DNA of 64,000 nucleotides from an uncultured Bacillota bacterium. GTDB lineage: Bacteria; Sysuimicrobiota; Sysuimicrobiia; Sysuimicrobiales; Segetimicrobiaceae. Where the stretch lies: contig CAWDRG010000020.1 of assembly GCA_963804645.1 (NCBI GenBank), positions 1 to 64,000 on the forward strand, in the 5' to 3' direction. The notes below the pieces were generated by a model that was given only the letters and a program-made list of their open reading frames with translations, was not told the origin of the DNA and made no database searches. Position numbers and translations under genes: made by a program. Of this stretch, positions 1-9,391 are shown one piece after another (positions within the stretch are counted from its first letter, which is position 1; each line of letters opens with the position of its first letter).

Positions 1-1045
1 ACGTCTTCAGCGGTACGATGCGGCTACGGATGGCGCGCTGATACCACCCGGCGAAGAAGTGGGTCGCGGCGCCCGGATAGGTGTAGTCCCACAAGTGCTT
101 GAGGTCGTCCTTCAGCACGTAGACCGCAGCGAGCCGGCGGTTGGCCGCCAACAGTTCCCGCAGCCGCACCCGATCTTCCGGCTTGACGGTCTCGCGGTTA
201 CGCAAGAGGAGCCAGCGGGCGCCTTTGATCACCTTCCGCGCCTCGGTGTCGTGCCGGACGCGCTGGGCCTCGTCGACCCGGACCCGGTCGATCACCTCCC
301 GGCCATACTTGGCGACGACATGGAACAGATCGTAGACGATCACGGCCTGGGGACACTGGGCGCGGACTTCTTCCTCATACGCCGGATTCATGTCCATCGC
401 GATCGCCCGCAACTGGTTGCGTCCCGCGGGGCCCAGCAACTCGAAGAAGGGGCGGATGTCCTCCCGCCCGCGCCCTTCGCCGACCCACAGGACCCGCTTC
501 CGCGACGGTTCGACCACCACCGTCGCATAGCGGTGGCCTTTCCGCACCGCGAACTCGTCCATCGCCATTGCCGTGACGGTGGCAAGGTCCACCGGGAGGA
601 GCTGGGCGGCCAGCGCCGCGGCATCCAGGGTTTTGACCGTGTCCCAGTCGAGCCCGTAGAACTCGGCCACATGCTTGACGGGCAGCACCCGGCAGAGGCG
701 GACCACGCTCTCCGCCAAGCGCTGGGTCACCCGATCCCAGGGGGAGAGCCAGGACAGTGCTTCGATCTTGGGGCCGCACGTCGGACAGGCGACGCGATAG
801 CGGGGGACCCAGACGTGGGTCTCGGCGTCAAGAATCGGCAGATCCCGGATGCAGCGGACTACCATCTCATGCACTTTCGTGACCTCTTGACCGCACCCAG
901 AGCATCGAAAGGTCCGACTTGCACGCTCGAGCGTGATCTCCACCCGCGGTTTGCCGGCCGCGTCGGCGGGCTCGAGCCGCTCCACCAGTTTGACCCGGTA
1001 GCGTTCCCATCCGGCGAGGATATTGGTAGAGTGATCCCGAGGCAA
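1..1045 (-). CDS. ISL3 family transposase, 3' end runs off the window
   Basis: Hand translation from TTG at 1045 (RBS AAAGGGGGAG) stays open to the window edge. Zinc-finger CSGC...CPTC, then MDEFAVRKGHRYATVV, AIAMDMNPAY, VYDLFHVV, KGARWLLLRN. Absent from the ORF track because it has no stop in the window. Confidence 0.93.
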   Translation of the reverse strand, partial: MPRDHSTNILAGWERYRVKLVERLEPADAAGKPRVEITLERASRTFRCSGCGQEVTKVHEMVVRCIRDLPILDAETHVWVPRYRVACPTCGPKIEALSWLSPWDRVTQRLAESVVRLCRVLPVKHVAEFYGLDWDTVKTLDAAALAAQLLPVDLATVTAMAMDEFAVRKGHRYATVVVEPSRKRVLWVGEGRGREDIRPFFELLGPAGRNQLRAIAMDMNPAYEEEVRAQCPQAVIVYDLFHVVAKYGREVIDRVRVDEAQRVRHDTEARKVIKGARWLLLRNRETVKPEDRVRLRELLAANRRLAAVYVLKDDLKHLWDYTYPGAATHFFAGWYQRAIRSRIVPLKT

Positions 1046-1117
1046 GGTGCTCCCCCTTTCCTAAGCATCGTGTTGGTCGCACGTGCTCAAGGATAGAGGT
1101 GTGGTACCTTGCCTTCA

Positions 1118-3199
1118 GCGTGCCCAGACAGCGAGGCCCCCAAGAAGGGAGGTGGAGCGAAGACACGGTGACCTTGCGCAAGTTCGCATCGACTGACCGG
1201 TGAGAGTCCGGTCCGGGTAGGGGCCAGGCCGCCCGGTAGCTGATGACCGCCGCCAGGCGAGAGCCGACCGGCGAAGCGTCATGACAAAGGCCCTTCTGGG
1301 GCCGAGCAACTCGCCAGTCCGTAACATCAAGTGAAGCCTGCCGCGTCGACAAGATACGCCCCGCGAGGGGACCAAGAGGGAGCCGAGCCCGGTGAAGGTG
1401 GGCGAAGGCCACGGACGGCGTGAAGCACCTGGACATGCAGCGCCCAAGAACCCTCCGGCGTATGGGGCTCGGAATGGCGAGAGGGTCGATGTGAAAACTG
1501 GGGAGAGCCGTCTCCGCCCGGCGGTAACGCAGCCGTCGGACCGTGGTCTCCTATAAGCCGCAAGGCGAAGTGGAGCACCTGCGGAGCGGCAGTCGGAGGG
1601 GAGCATACGGTACTAATGACGGCGACGACAACATAACGTCGCTCGAGGGAAGGCTCCCTGCCTTGTCCATGCGACCTGGAGGAGGTAAGAGTAGGTGAAT
1701 GCCGATGAGGCTAACCACACTGTCCGTGCTCACGCACGGGCTCGCACTCGAGAACTCCAACGGGCGCTGTATCGGGCCGCCAAGGCGAGCCCGACGCGAC
1801 GATTCCACGCGCTTTACGACAAGGTGTACGATCCTGACATCTTGCTGAGCGCCTGGGAGGCTGTTCGAGCCAACCGTGGGGCCCCTGGAATTGATGGTGA
1901 AACGATCCAGGCCATTGAGGTACGGGGCGTCGCGGGCCTCCTCGCTGATCTCCGGAGCGAACTGCAGCGAGGGACGTACCATCCGGCGCCTGCGCGTCGG
2001 GTGGATATTCCCAAGGCCTCCGGCGGGGTCCGGCATTTGGATATTCCGCGCATCCGCGACAGGATCGTGGAGCAAGCAACTCACGTGGTGCTCCTGCCGA
2101 TCTTTGAAGCGGACTTCCTATCGTGTTCATACGGGTTCCGGCCGAAGCGATCAGCGCATCAAGCGTTGGAACGCATCCGGAATTTGGGCAATCATGGACA
2201 CGAGTGGGTGGTTGACGCGGATATCCAGGACTGTTTTGGGATGATCGATCATGCGAAACTGCTGCGCGTGATCGGGCACCGCGTCAGTGATCGGCGGGTC
2301 CTGAAGTTGGTGCGGAAGTGGCTCGAAGCCGGCGTCATGGTCGATGGAGAAATCATGCCATCGACCGGAACCGCTCAGGGCAATCCGATTTCTCCGTTAC
2401 TGGCGAATGCGTTTCTCCACTGGCTAGACCGGTTGTGGTTGAGGCGCGGGAGTCGGCTCGGAGAGTTGGTGCGGTATTGTGATGACCTGGTGATCCTGTG
2501 TCGAACTGAGATCCAAGCCCGTGAAGCTCATCGACAGCTGGAACTGATTCTGGAGCGACTGGGGCTGCATCTGAATCCCCAGAAGACCCGGATCGTCCAG
2601 TTGAGGCAAGGGCAAGACGGGTTTGAGTTTCTCGGCTTTTACCACCGGAAACAAGTCTCATGGCAGCGACCAGGTCATTGGTATCTATACCGTTGGCCCG
2701 CCCAGAAAGCACTACAGGCGATTCGCTCGCGAGTGAAGGAGATTCTGACCCCACGGTATCTGGGTGTCGCGGTGGAAGACTTGGTGACGCGTCTCACACC
2801 TGTACTTCGGGGGTGGGCGGCGTACTTTCAGTCAGGTAACTCCACGCGCGCCTTTGCGCAAATTGATAGCTACGTTCACGAACGCCTAGCGTTGTTCGCT
2901 GCTAGGCGCCAAGGGCGGGTTGGGCGTGGCTGGACACAGCGCTATCCGTTGTCGTGGCTCCGCAAGCTCGGTGTTTTTCGCCTGAGTGGATGTCGTGTCG
3001 GACGCGCGCTGCATGCGACCTGATGAAGGACATTGGAAAGCCGTGTGACGCAGAACGTCACGCACGGTTTGATGAGGGGGCGATGGAAAAGTGCCGGGCC
3101 ATGCAGGCAAGCACGGGTCTGCAAGCTGCCTTCAGAGGCAGATAGGGCTGAAATGCTTCGCCCCATGACTCACGGTAACTCGCCATTGCCCTACTCTAC
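1118..3199 (+). mobile_element. Group II intron (full length, En-minus, probably IIB-like bacterial class)
   Basis: 5' end GCGTGCCCAGACAG; domain V AAGCCGTGTGACGCAGAACGTCACGCACGGTTT (~3038-3070, AGC triad); 3' end CCCTACTCTAC. Joining the exons gives TTCA|ACCTATACGG, identical to the uninterrupted copy at 12109-12147. Confidence 0.92.
1695..3023 (+). CDS. ltrA: Group II intron reverse transcriptase/maturase
   Basis: GTG start after GGAGG. RRFHALYDKV, GAPGIDG, IPRIRDRIV, SYGFRPKRS, VDADIQDCF, QGNPISPLLAN, RYCDD, FEFLGF, X-domain LRGWAAYF. No HNH endonuclease domain. Confidence 0.96.
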   Translation: MNADEANHTVRAHARARTRELQRALYRAAKASPTRRFHALYDKVYDPDILLSAWEAVRANRGAPGIDGETIQAIEVRGVAGLLADLRSELQRGTYHPAPARRVDIPKASGGVRHLDIPRIRDRIVEQATHVVLLPIFEADFLSCSYGFRPKRSAHQALERIRNLGNHGHEWVVDADIQDCFGMIDHAKLLRVIGHRVSDRRVLKLVRKWLEAGVMVDGEIMPSTGTAQGNPISPLLANAFLHWLDRLWLRRGSRLGELVRYCDDLVILCRTEIQAREAHRQLELILERLGLHLNPQKTRIVQLRQGQDGFEFLGFYHRKQVSWQRPGHWYLYRWPAQKALQAIRSRVKEILTPRYLGVAVEDLVTRLTPVLRGWAAYFQSGNSTRAFAQIDSYVHERLALFAARRQGRVGRGWTQRYPLSWLRKLGVFRLSGCRVGRALHAT

Positions 3200-3241
3200 A
3201 CCTATACGGTTATCCCGGTTTTGCCTGAAGAACCAAATTAA

Positions 3242-3628
3242 TTATGGTCGCACAATGGCTGCAAGAAGAATCCGCATGAATGTGAAATAAGCGAAGATCC
3301 ACCAAAGAACTGCGGTCAATTGGAGCACGCTCCCCCTGAGGATTGGAAAGCGCCCCAACACCTGTTGGCGATATCGGGTCGCGACGACGTAACTAATGAT
3401 CACAGGCGGAATGATGAGCGGCAACACGAGTACGAGAAGGTCTCTGATCACTACCGGACCTAGCCCCGAAAGGCCGTGCTGTACAGCGTCGTTCAGTTGT
3501 GCTTGCTGGCTCGAATGCATGCGACCGTCCCAATTTGGTTCGTCAATATCCGATCCCCGTACACCGACTATCATGCCCACCGCCCCAAAGAGAGCGGCCA
3601 AGTTGACGGCTTGTTTCCAGTTCGGCAA
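3242..3628 (-). CDS. Hypothetical membrane protein
   Basis: 128-aa ORF with about 3 hydrophobic segments, ending next to the ISL3 terminus; start uncertain. Confidence 0.4.
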   Translation of the reverse strand: MPNWKQAVNLAALFGAVGMIVGVRGSDIDEPNWDGRMHSSQQAQLNDAVQHGLSGLGPVVIRDLLVLVLPLIIPPVIISYVVATRYRQQVLGRFPILRGSVLQLTAVLWWIFAYFTFMRILLAAIVRP

Positions 3629-3874
3629 CCTTGGCGCTTTCTATTCGACACAATGACATACAAGGAAGGAATGCAAGTGAGAAGCTGGAAAGCCCGGCTT
3701 AGGAATAAAGGAAGTGACGGGTCGACGGCGAATCTCACATTCTCCCAGCGTTTACGAATCGGCGGAGCTCGGGGTGGGGAGTTCGACACCGCTCGACGAT
3801 TATCGTTGTGTGGGGGCACGTACGCGCGTGGAAGACAACGATTGAACCATTCGAAATGCAGAGGAGAGTGGACC

Positions 3875-4348
3875 ATGAGTCAGCAGGAGACCATGCGACA
3901 GCAACTGGAGAACAGCCACGGGGCCATGTTAGCCGCATCGGAGGGCATGTCCGCGGACGAGATGGCCCGCATTCTGGCCCCGGGTTTGGCGCCGGTGATC
4001 TGGCAGTTCGGCCACCTCGCGACCGCAGAAGCAGGGATCGGCGGGTTTGCCGGCGGAAAATTCGCGCCGCCCAAGGAGTTCTCCGAGTTGTTCGGACAGG
4101 GCACCGGGACGGGGCCCGCGCGCTACCCCGCGTTCGGCCAGGTCAAGGAGGCGTTTGACGGCGCCAACCAGGCGCTCGTCAAGATCGCCCTCGAGGCCGA
4201 TTACGAGACTCCGCTGGACACGCCGCTGAGCAAGTATTTCGGGACCGTCGGGGGGATGTTGACGTTTCTCCTCTACCATCGGGGCTGGCACATGGGGAAA
4301 GTGACCACGCTACGCACGATGCTCGGAAAAGCCAGGCTGTTTGGGTAG
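3875..4348 (+). CDS. DinB family protein
   Basis: ATG after GAGGAG; PVIWQFGHLA and HRGWHMGKV histidine motifs; 157 aa. Confidence 0.85.
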   Translation: MSQQETMRQQLENSHGAMLAASEGMSADEMARILAPGLAPVIWQFGHLATAEAGIGGFAGGKFAPPKEFSELFGQGTGTGPARYPAFGQVKEAFDGANQALVKIALEADYETPLDTPLSKYFGTVGGMLTFLLYHRGWHMGKVTTLRTMLGKARLFG

Positions 4349-4707
4349 ACGGTTGTCCGGGGGCCCGGAGGGCCTCGCGGCGCCCCGGGCCGCCACTGTC
4401 GTCACACCCTAGCCACGCTGGCCAGCGCGTCGGGCGTCGTGCCAATATGCCCATCGGGTGCCAATCCGGAAACGCTGGCGCTGATGCGGGGATGGCCGAG
4501 CGCGCGCTGACGGGGGTACGACGTCGGCTTAGGAGGGTCAATGATTGCGGCCAACCACGACGTCGACGGCTACCTGTGCGCCGCGTGTCCGCGTCGCGCA
4601 AAGTCATTCAGGCCACCACCCGTCGCGCGGGCTCAACGGAAGGGACCCACGACCCGACCGATAGTGCCTGAATCTCCCTCCGGCAGCACACCTGACCCAG
4701 TCCTGCT

Positions 4708-5487
4708 TCAGGGACTGAGCGCTGTCATCACCTGCTGGACGCCGACGACCGTTCGATTAGTGGGCCAGGCGATATCTCTAAACCCGGCGTCTTCAGCCGC
4801 GGCGGTGAGCTCGGCGCGCGTGATAGCACGATAGCGCATCGTGTGCTCCCTCACCATCCAATCACCGCCGCGTTTCTCGGTGAGCACGAGGCAGCGCACC
4901 ATGTAGCAAGGCTGGTTCTCATCCCAATCGTGCAAGCGGACGAGGACGCGACGCGGCGGCCCTGGGATGAGGGACTGGTGGCGCAATCGGTGGCCTCTCG
5001 ATAAGTGCATTGTCGAAGTCGCGCATCGAAATCACCAGCAGACCACCGGAGCGCAGCTTTGCTCGCATCTGCGCGAGCGCCCTCGGAACATCGCTCTCAT
5101 CCAGGAGGTGCGGGAGTGCGTTGTCGCAAGAGATGACGACATCGAACGCTCCTTCGATCGCGCTGAGATCGCGGAAGTCAGCAGTGAAGAAGCTGGCTTC
5201 GACCCCGAAACGCTGGGCTTCGCGTCGTGCCCGTTCGATCTCGCCTGCGCTGATGTCGGTGCCGACGACGCGGTAGCCGAGCTTCGCAAGACCTATTGCC
5301 TGTGTCCCTATGCCACAGGAACAGTCGAGGACAGAGCGAGCGTCGGGAAGCAGGTCGCGGATCAGGTCATCAAGCGCCGTGGCTTGACGCCAACAGCGGT
5401 CTCCCATTTCCCCCCGTAGACAAGGTGGTAGTCGGCTGCGAAATCGTTGTAGAAGCGAACGATCGTCGCTTCGTCGCTATCGGCCAT
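4708..5487 (-). pseudogene. Class I SAM-dependent methyltransferase with two apparent frameshifts
   Basis: N-terminus MADSDEATIVRFYNDFAADYHLVY from 5487, VLDCSCGIGTQ core in 4919-5407 and C-terminus in 4708-5010 lie in different frames; shifts near 5390 and 4970. Confidence 0.8.
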
Positions 5488-6322
5488 CGTCTGACTCTCG
5501 CACCCGCCGCATCAACGCTGTCGTCTTCTCCGTAGGCACGCTGGAGTGCATCTTCTGGCTCCCCGGACGTGTACTCTCGGCCGCATTATGCTCGAAACTC
5601 GTACTGGCGGCAAGTTCATGCCCGAACCATTTCGTATTCGTACCCAGGTGGCGGATAAGCAAGTCGACATTTTCCACGCCGGTAGCGGCAAGGTAATGCC
5701 CTCACGCGCGGCAAGGATATGGCCTAAGTCTCATGAGACTACTTGCACCCTGTTGTTGAATCCTCCGGGCACCGAGAGGATCTCGGGAATGTTGCCGATC
5801 TCCCAATACCGGACGCGCGGCTCGCCCACTTCTGGCACCAATCTGAGCGTTCCGTGATGCCGACACGGTTTCAGCGACCCGTACAGCGCGGGACGGCGCC
5901 ATGCACCAGGGCACTCTCGGATCCACTGGCTGGGCCCCGGGTATCCTACCCTGCAGTCAGGCCACAGACGCAAGCCTTGGGTGGATCTTGGCCCTCTCGC
6001 AATGTTTGGGCGTGGGTCGTGCGGGAATCTCTGGGGCCGCTACTAGGGCCGGGAGGCCCGTCTACCCACGGACGCCGCGTTCGCGGGCTTCGTGATCCCA
6101 GGCGACGCGCACTTGGGTGCGTCTCTCGAACAAAAGCCCCCTCCCGGCACCACCTGACAGTGCGGACACGTGCTACGCGCTCATGTGATGCCTTGCGCAG
6201 ATCGGCGTGGGACTTGCCGTCCTTGACTTCGAACAGGCCTACGATCTTCCCAATATCGGTGATCCCAAAGGCATGGGTCCCCGTCGAGCCTGGGGCATCG
6301 ACCGTGCCACACGTAAGTGGCA

Positions 6323-7186
6323 TCATTGGGTTGGGCTAGCGACGTAGCCGCGGACCTTGCCGCCCGCGTCCGTGAACACGCCCACGATCTGTCCCGCGTC
6401 GTTGATTCCGCCGGCAGAGGTCGCCGTCGATCCCGGGGGATCGAATGTGGTCAGGGTCCCGTCGGTGGTGCGCAGATAGCCATGGGTCTTGCCACCCGCG
6501 TCCTTGAACTCGCCGACGATCTGTCCAACGTCATTGATCCCGCCAGCATCGGTCCAAGCCGCGCTGGGAACATCGATCGTGGTAAAGGTGCCCCCAGCAG
6601 TTCGCAAAAAGCCGGAGTCCGCAAACTCGCCCACGATCTCTCCGGCGGCGTTGATCCCGCCGGCATAGGTCGCCGTCGATCCCGGGGGATCGAAGGTGGT
6701 CAAGGTCCCGTCGGTGGTGCGCAGATAGCCATGGGTCCTGCCGCCCGCGTCGTAGAAAGCGCCCACGATCTGCCCGGCGGCGTTGATGCCCGCGGCACCG
6801 GTCCCCCTTGCTGTCGGAACATCGATCGTGGTGAAGGTGCTCCCGGAGGTCCGCAAAAAACCATGGGTCTTGCCGCCCGCGTCTATGAAAAAGCCCACAA
6901 TCTGTCCCGCATCGTTGATCCCGGAGGGAAAGGTCGCCGCCGAGCCCGGGGGATCGAACGTGGTCAAGGTCCCGTCGGTGGTGCGCAGATAACCGCGATG
7001 CTTGCCGCCCACGTCCGTGAAGTTGCCCACGATCTGCCCGGCCGTGTTGATCCCGTTGGCGTAGGTCTGCACGGCACCCGGAGCATCGATCGTGGCAAAC
7101 GTCAGTGAAACCGCCTGGGCTGGGGGCGTGATACCGACCGCGCAACTCACGATCAATATGCCTACCAAGAGCCAAGGTCGCCGCAT
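6323..7186 (-). CDS. Secreted HAF-like repeat protein (six GINxAGQIVG repeats, probable beta-propeller)
   Basis: ATG at 7186 with GGAG RBS; signal peptide MRRPWLLVGILIVSCAVGITPPAQA; six repeats of about 43 aa. Confidence 0.85.
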   Translation of the reverse strand: MRRPWLLVGILIVSCAVGITPPAQAVSLTFATIDAPGAVQTYANGINTAGQIVGNFTDVGGKHRGYLRTTDGTLTTFDPPGSAATFPSGINDAGQIVGFFIDAGGKTHGFLRTSGSTFTTIDVPTARGTGAAGINAAGQIVGAFYDAGGRTHGYLRTTDGTLTTFDPPGSTATYAGGINAAGEIVGEFADSGFLRTAGGTFTTIDVPSAAWTDAGGINDVGQIVGEFKDAGGKTHGYLRTTDGTLTTFDPPGSTATSAGGINDAGQIVGVFTDAGGKVRGYVASPTQ

Positions 7187-7510
7187 TCTCCATCCTCCAG
7201 TGGCCGTTCCATCACCATTCGCGGCCAAATCCCCTCCAGTGTCCCGCTTCCGATTGCCGCCGGAGCAAGTGTCCTCGCCTTGACGATAGCGGCGTGCAGG
7301 AGTTTCGGCATCGGTCGAAGGGCCACGCACCGACATGATCGGCACATGGCCTGCCCAGGCACTTCGGCCCATAGCGGGCCGAGAGGTCGGAATTTTCATA
7401 AGACTAAAGGCTGAAAATCCTCGGGCATTTAGAGTAGCGTTCGACGAAATTAGTGATGAAGTGGTTCCTGGTATGGACCCACACAAGAAGATCCACCACG
7501 ATCTCAAAGG

Positions 7511-7942
7511 TTACGGCAGCCAGCGAACTCGGAAGGTCCCTCCAACCTTAATCTCACCGCGCTTGAGCAGAGACTGGATGTCCCGATAGTGATCATCGGG
7601 CAGTGACCAGAGTTCCGCGCCCGCCCGGATGGCGGCCCCTGCCAATAGGAGATCAACGGTTTTACCCGTCTTCCCAACTGCAGCAAGCCCTTTGCCGATT
7701 CTTGCCGCAATATAACCAGCCTCGCCGTCAACTTCGACCTCAGGCAAGGATCGAAAGTCAGCTTCGCGGATGCTGTATTCGTGCGGGTCACGGATCCCGC
7801 TCAGCACTTCGACCAGAATGGGGGTGGCGACGGCAGCCTCTCCCGTGGTCAGAGCGCCCCGGACCTCTTTGACGATGTGAGGATCGGGTCCTGGACGTAG
7901 ATATGTGATCCAAACAGAAGAGTCGATGAGGCGCAGCGGCAA
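7511..7942 (-). CDS. vapC: PIN-domain toxin (VapC family)
   Basis: LIDSSVWI, ILVEVLSG, VDLLLAGAA, DDHY; directly abuts the antitoxin stop. Confidence 0.9.
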   Translation of the reverse strand: MPLRLIDSSVWITYLRPGPDPHIVKEVRGALTTGEAAVATPILVEVLSGIRDPHEYSIREADFRSLPEVEVDGEAGYIAARIGKGLAAVGKTGKTVDLLLAGAAIRAGAELWSLPDDHYRDIQSLLKRGEIKVGGTFRVRWLP

Positions 7943-8149
7943 TTATCTGCCCTCACGCATCGTTCGGATATCTGCAGGGGTCCACCGTATCGAGCTCTTC
8001 CCGGCAGCCGAGATGAGACTCTCTGCGCGCCGCCGCCGCACGTACTCTCGCAAGGCGACCTCGACAGCCTCACGTTTCGTCCGCACTTTGGCGAGGCGGC
8101 GGGCCTCATCGAGGAGTTTCTCTTCAATATCCACGAGTGTTTTGGCCAT
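7943..8149 (-). CDS. vapB: VapB-type antitoxin
   Basis: 68 aa MAKTLVDIEEKLLDEARRL...TKREAVEVALREYVRR; AAGGAG RBS; upstream of the PIN gene. Confidence 0.88.
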   Translation of the reverse strand: MAKTLVDIEEKLLDEARRLAKVRTKREAVEVALREYVRRRRAESLISAAGKSSIRWTPADIRTMREGR

Positions 8150-8169
8150 GGTGACAACTCCTTTGCTCA

Positions 8170-8204
8170 ATCGTATATCTTGATAGGATATACTGTCAAG
8201 ATAT
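8170..8204 (-). promoter_or_regulatory. vapBC sigma70 promoter with overlapping palindromic operator
   Basis: TTGACA-18 nt-TACGAT on the minus strand; inverted repeat ATATCTTGA-N12-TCAAGATAT (8175-8204). Confidence 0.75.
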
Positions 8205-8339
8205 CGAGTTGCCTCATACGTATTGTTACCGAGCGGCGAAGTGCTGCCTCAGAATCCCTGTTACCGCGGGCGAGGGGGCAGCATGGGGCCGCGCAGTGTT
8301 CAGGAATACGCCGCATCGCTTCGGGGCGGATTGGTGAAT

Positions 8340-8440
8340 CTGATCAGGCTTCTGGTTTCAAACGATCACGCAGTCTGGTACATTCCGATCACGCAGTCTG
8401 GGCGATTCTGATCACTCGGTCTGGTCGATGGGGATCACCG
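8340..8440. repeat. IS21 subterminal repeats (~23-bp period, GATCACGCAGTCTGG-like)
   Basis: 4-5 imperfect GATCA-core units, inverted relative to those at 11070-11172. Confidence 0.8.
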
Positions 8441-8648
8441 AGCCGAAGCGCCGGGCGGGTGTTCGGTATCGTCACCCCCAGTCGCAGTGCCTGTCGGAAT
8501 GCGCGTATGATTCGGGTGCGTTGGAGCGGCTTCCTGGCGGCCCGCGGAAGCGGCTGATAGCGTTGAGGCCGCCTGTGTCATCGAACCAGGCGTCTGGGAG
8601 CCCCGTAGAGCGATGTGGTGAAGGCAGGCAGGCATTGGAACCCTCCTC

Positions 8649-9391
8649 TTACGACGTCTTTCTTCGCCCGAGCTTGCGCATCGACTCGCCGCGCAAGGCG
8701 ATCTTGTGCGCCGTGTGCACGATACGATCCAGCAGCGCGTCCGCCAGGGACGGGTCCGGAATTTTGCCGTGCCACGCATCCACGGGGAGCTGGCTGGCGA
8801 TGAGGGTCGAGCGCATCGTGCAGCGATCATCGATCACATCCAGGAGCTCCCGCGCGTCGGCGACGGACAGCGGGGCCAAGCCCCACTCGTCCACGAGGAG
8901 CAGGTCCGTCTTGGCGAGCCGGGCGAGCAGCCGGGGATAGGAGCCATCCGCTTTGGCGATCCCGAGATCGGCGAGCAGCCGCGAGAGGCGATAGTAGCGG
9001 GCCGTCCACCCTTGACGGCAGGCGGCGTTCCCCAAGGCGCTCGCGATGAAGGTCTTGCCCGCGCCGGCGGGGCCGGTGATGAGCGACGCGAGATGCTCGT
9101 GCAGCCAGCGGCCCTCGGCCAGCGTCCGGATCAGCGCGCGGTCCAGGCCGCGCGGGACGCGTGTAGTCGATATCTTCGATGGTGGCGTTCAGCGGGAGCT
9201 TGGCCTCCTGCAGGCGCCGCGCGAGGCGGCGACTCTGCCGGCGGCTCCACTCCTGGTCGGCGAGGAGGCCCAGGCGCTCGTCGCACGAGAGCGTCCTGGG
9301 CGTCGGCGTCGCGGAGCTGCGCCTCGTACGCGTCCGCCATGCCCGTCAGGCGCAGCTCGCGGAGGGTCTGGAGCGTCTGCTGGGGGAGCAT
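8649..9391 (-). pseudogene. istB: IstB helper ATPase, frameshifted
   Basis: MLPQQTLQTLRELRLTGMA start overlapping the istA stop (TAATG); Walker A GPAGAGKTF; LLLVDEWG; LADALLDRIVH; pieces in different frames. Confidence 0.88.

Larger units (their letters stand above)
1..3234 (-). mobile_element. ISL3 element (partial) carrying a group II intron in its left end
   Basis: Minus-strand terminus GGTTCTTCAGGCAAAACCGGG at 3234 is typical of ISL3 ends and is followed by AT-rich AAATTAAT (candidate 8-bp target duplication). Removing the intron places this end 107 bp upstream of the transposase start. Confidence 0.85.

Noticed and set aside
59..1096. 345-aa plus-strand ORF
   Set aside because: Antisense shadow of the ISL3 transposase.
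1695..3023. RT as retron, DGR or defence RT
   Set aside because: Group II intron protein motifs, domains V/VI and exact exon junctions are all present; no TR/VR pair or msr-msd seen.
3720..3800. tRNA-like GTTCGA
   Set aside because: No cloverleaf or acceptor stem could be built.
5490..6190. Short ORFs between the methyltransferase and the repeat protein
   Set aside because: No recognisable motifs or RBS; probably gene debris.
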